Source: a virus | Lineage: Duplodnaviria; Caudoviricetes | Direction: 5' to 3' (one strand) | DNA: 64,000 bases | IMG/VR virus record: IMGVR_UViG_2827986130_000001 | Coordinates: 3,239-67,238 of that record | The notes under the pieces: model-generated | Database searches by the model: none | What the model was told of the DNA's origin: nothing | The model's input: only the letters and a program-made list of their open reading frames with translations | Translations under genes and position numbers: made by a program | Part shown: one piece after another, positions 63,134-64,000 of the stretch | Numbering within the stretch: the stretch's first letter is position 1 | How the letters are laid out: each line of letters begins with the position of its first letter

Positions 63134-64000
63134 CTACGGCGGCAGGATTTCAGTCACGGTGGCGTGCCGAAGTTTAGCCTCGCCCCTGAGATGCTTCGCG
63201 ATGACTCGCAGTAACGGCACCACCGGAACAGCTTCTTTGTTGCCGGCGCCCATCTGGACCGAGAACTTGTCCGTGTGAAGGAACTCCAGGGCCCGCCACA
63301 GCTCATCGCGCTGCGCGGCTGAAACTGCGGGGATCGCGCGTCCCATGTATTTCATGCCGTCGGCAAGAAGCAGCGATGGTGCCGCACCCCGCTTCCGTTC
63401 GTAGCCGACAACAACGAACTCCTTGAAGGCATAGGTTTTGGTTTTCAGCCAATCCCTGCTGTCGCCGCTCTTGTACCGGCTCGCCCGCCGCTTCGAGACG
63501 ACACCCTCGACCTCGAGCTCGGCGACCTTGGCAAAAAGCTCGGCCCCGGAGCCGTCGTAATCATCGCTGAACCTGACCTCCTGGCTCGGGGCACCAAGGG
63601 TATCTCGCAGCAGCGACCTGCGATCCTCGCATCGCCACCCCCGGATATCGTCGTCGCCGATCAGCAAGAGATCGAAGGCATAGAAGACGAGGTCGTTTTT
63701 CTTCCACCTGATCGCGCCTGGCAACCGGCTGAAGTCGGCCCGGCCGATCTCATCGAGAACGACGATCTCACCGTCTAGAACGGCGTCCTGGCCGCCGACG
63801 ATCGCGTTGGCAGCGGCAAGCACAAACGGGTATTTCGACGACCAGTCGACGCCGTTCCGGGTCAACGCCCGTGGGGTCTGACCCAGTTGCAGCTGGGTCC
63901 GGTAGCCGTCGTACTTGATCTCATGGGACCACGCCTCGCCTTCCGGCGGCTTGTCGACCTCGGTCGGGAAGCAGAACGGGAGAAAACCCGCCGGCTTCAC
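63134..64000 (-). CDS. ATP-dependent DNA ligase (LigD/LigC-type ligase domain); start at window edge
   Basis: EIKYDGYR, LDGEIV, YAFDLL, EGVVSK, Y.SG....WLKTK. Confidence 0.9.
   Translation of the reverse strand: MKPAGFLPFCFPTEVDKPPEGEAWSHEIKYDGYRTQLQLGQTPRALTRNGVDWSSKYPFVLAAANAIVGGQDAVLDGEIVVLDEIGRADFSRLPGAIRWKKNDLVFYAFDLLLIGDDDIRGWRCEDRRSLLRDTLGAPSQEVRFSDDYDGSGAELFAKVAELEVEGVVSKRRASRYKSGDSRDWLKTKTYAFKEFVVVGYERKRGAAPSLLLADGMKYMGRAIPAVSAAQRDELWRALEFLHTDKFSVQMGAGNKEAVPVVPLLRVIAKHLRGEAKLRHATVTEILPP

Larger units (their letters stand above)
1..64000. mobile_element. Temperate siphovirus-like prophage of an alphaproteobacterium (both boundaries probably outside or at window edges)
   Basis: Lambdoid module order: early-left, cI/cro, replication, terminase, HK97 head, non-contractile tail, lysis; no host housekeeping genes seen. 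Confidence 0.95.

Noticed and set aside
1-64000. Integrase, att sites, tRNA genes, IS elements
   Set aside because: None recognised; the integrase probably lies left of position 1

Overview
The window is almost entirely one temperate, lambda-organised siphovirus/prophage of a high-GC alphaproteobacterium. The host is most likely Hyphomicrobiales/Rhizobiales, inferred from GcrA, CtrA-like, DUF2460/DUF2163 GTA-type tail-tip and DUF1515-like genes. Layout: 1-15.8 kb is a leftward early operon (ASCH-like, DUF5131, two NADARs, DnaA domain IV, RecD-like helicase, two DEDDh exonucleases, RecT/YqaJ). 15.8-17.4 kb is the cI/cro switch with visible operators. 17.4-32 kb is a rightward early/replication operon (GcrA, GapR-like, RuvC-like, CtrA-like, two DNA methyltransferases, primase-helicase). 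32.7-59.8 kb holds packaging, HK97 head, tail and fibres. 59.8-62.5 kb is lysis, followed by a structured RNA-leader cassette and an ATP-dependent ligase at the edge. No integrase, att site, tRNA or CRISPR array was recognised. The most notable observations are: a set of host cell-cycle-regulator mimics (phosphorylation-dead CtrA, GcrA, DnaA domain IV, GapR-like); duplicated NADAR candidate anti-defence enzymes; a glycosyltransferase-like plus methyltransferase pair and an 82-triplet collagen inside the head operon; a three-hairpin kissing-loop element after the tail-tube gene; a C4/CI-type antisense switch; and two 11-bp-phased repeat arrays. All family assignments come from motif recognition by eye, not database searches.
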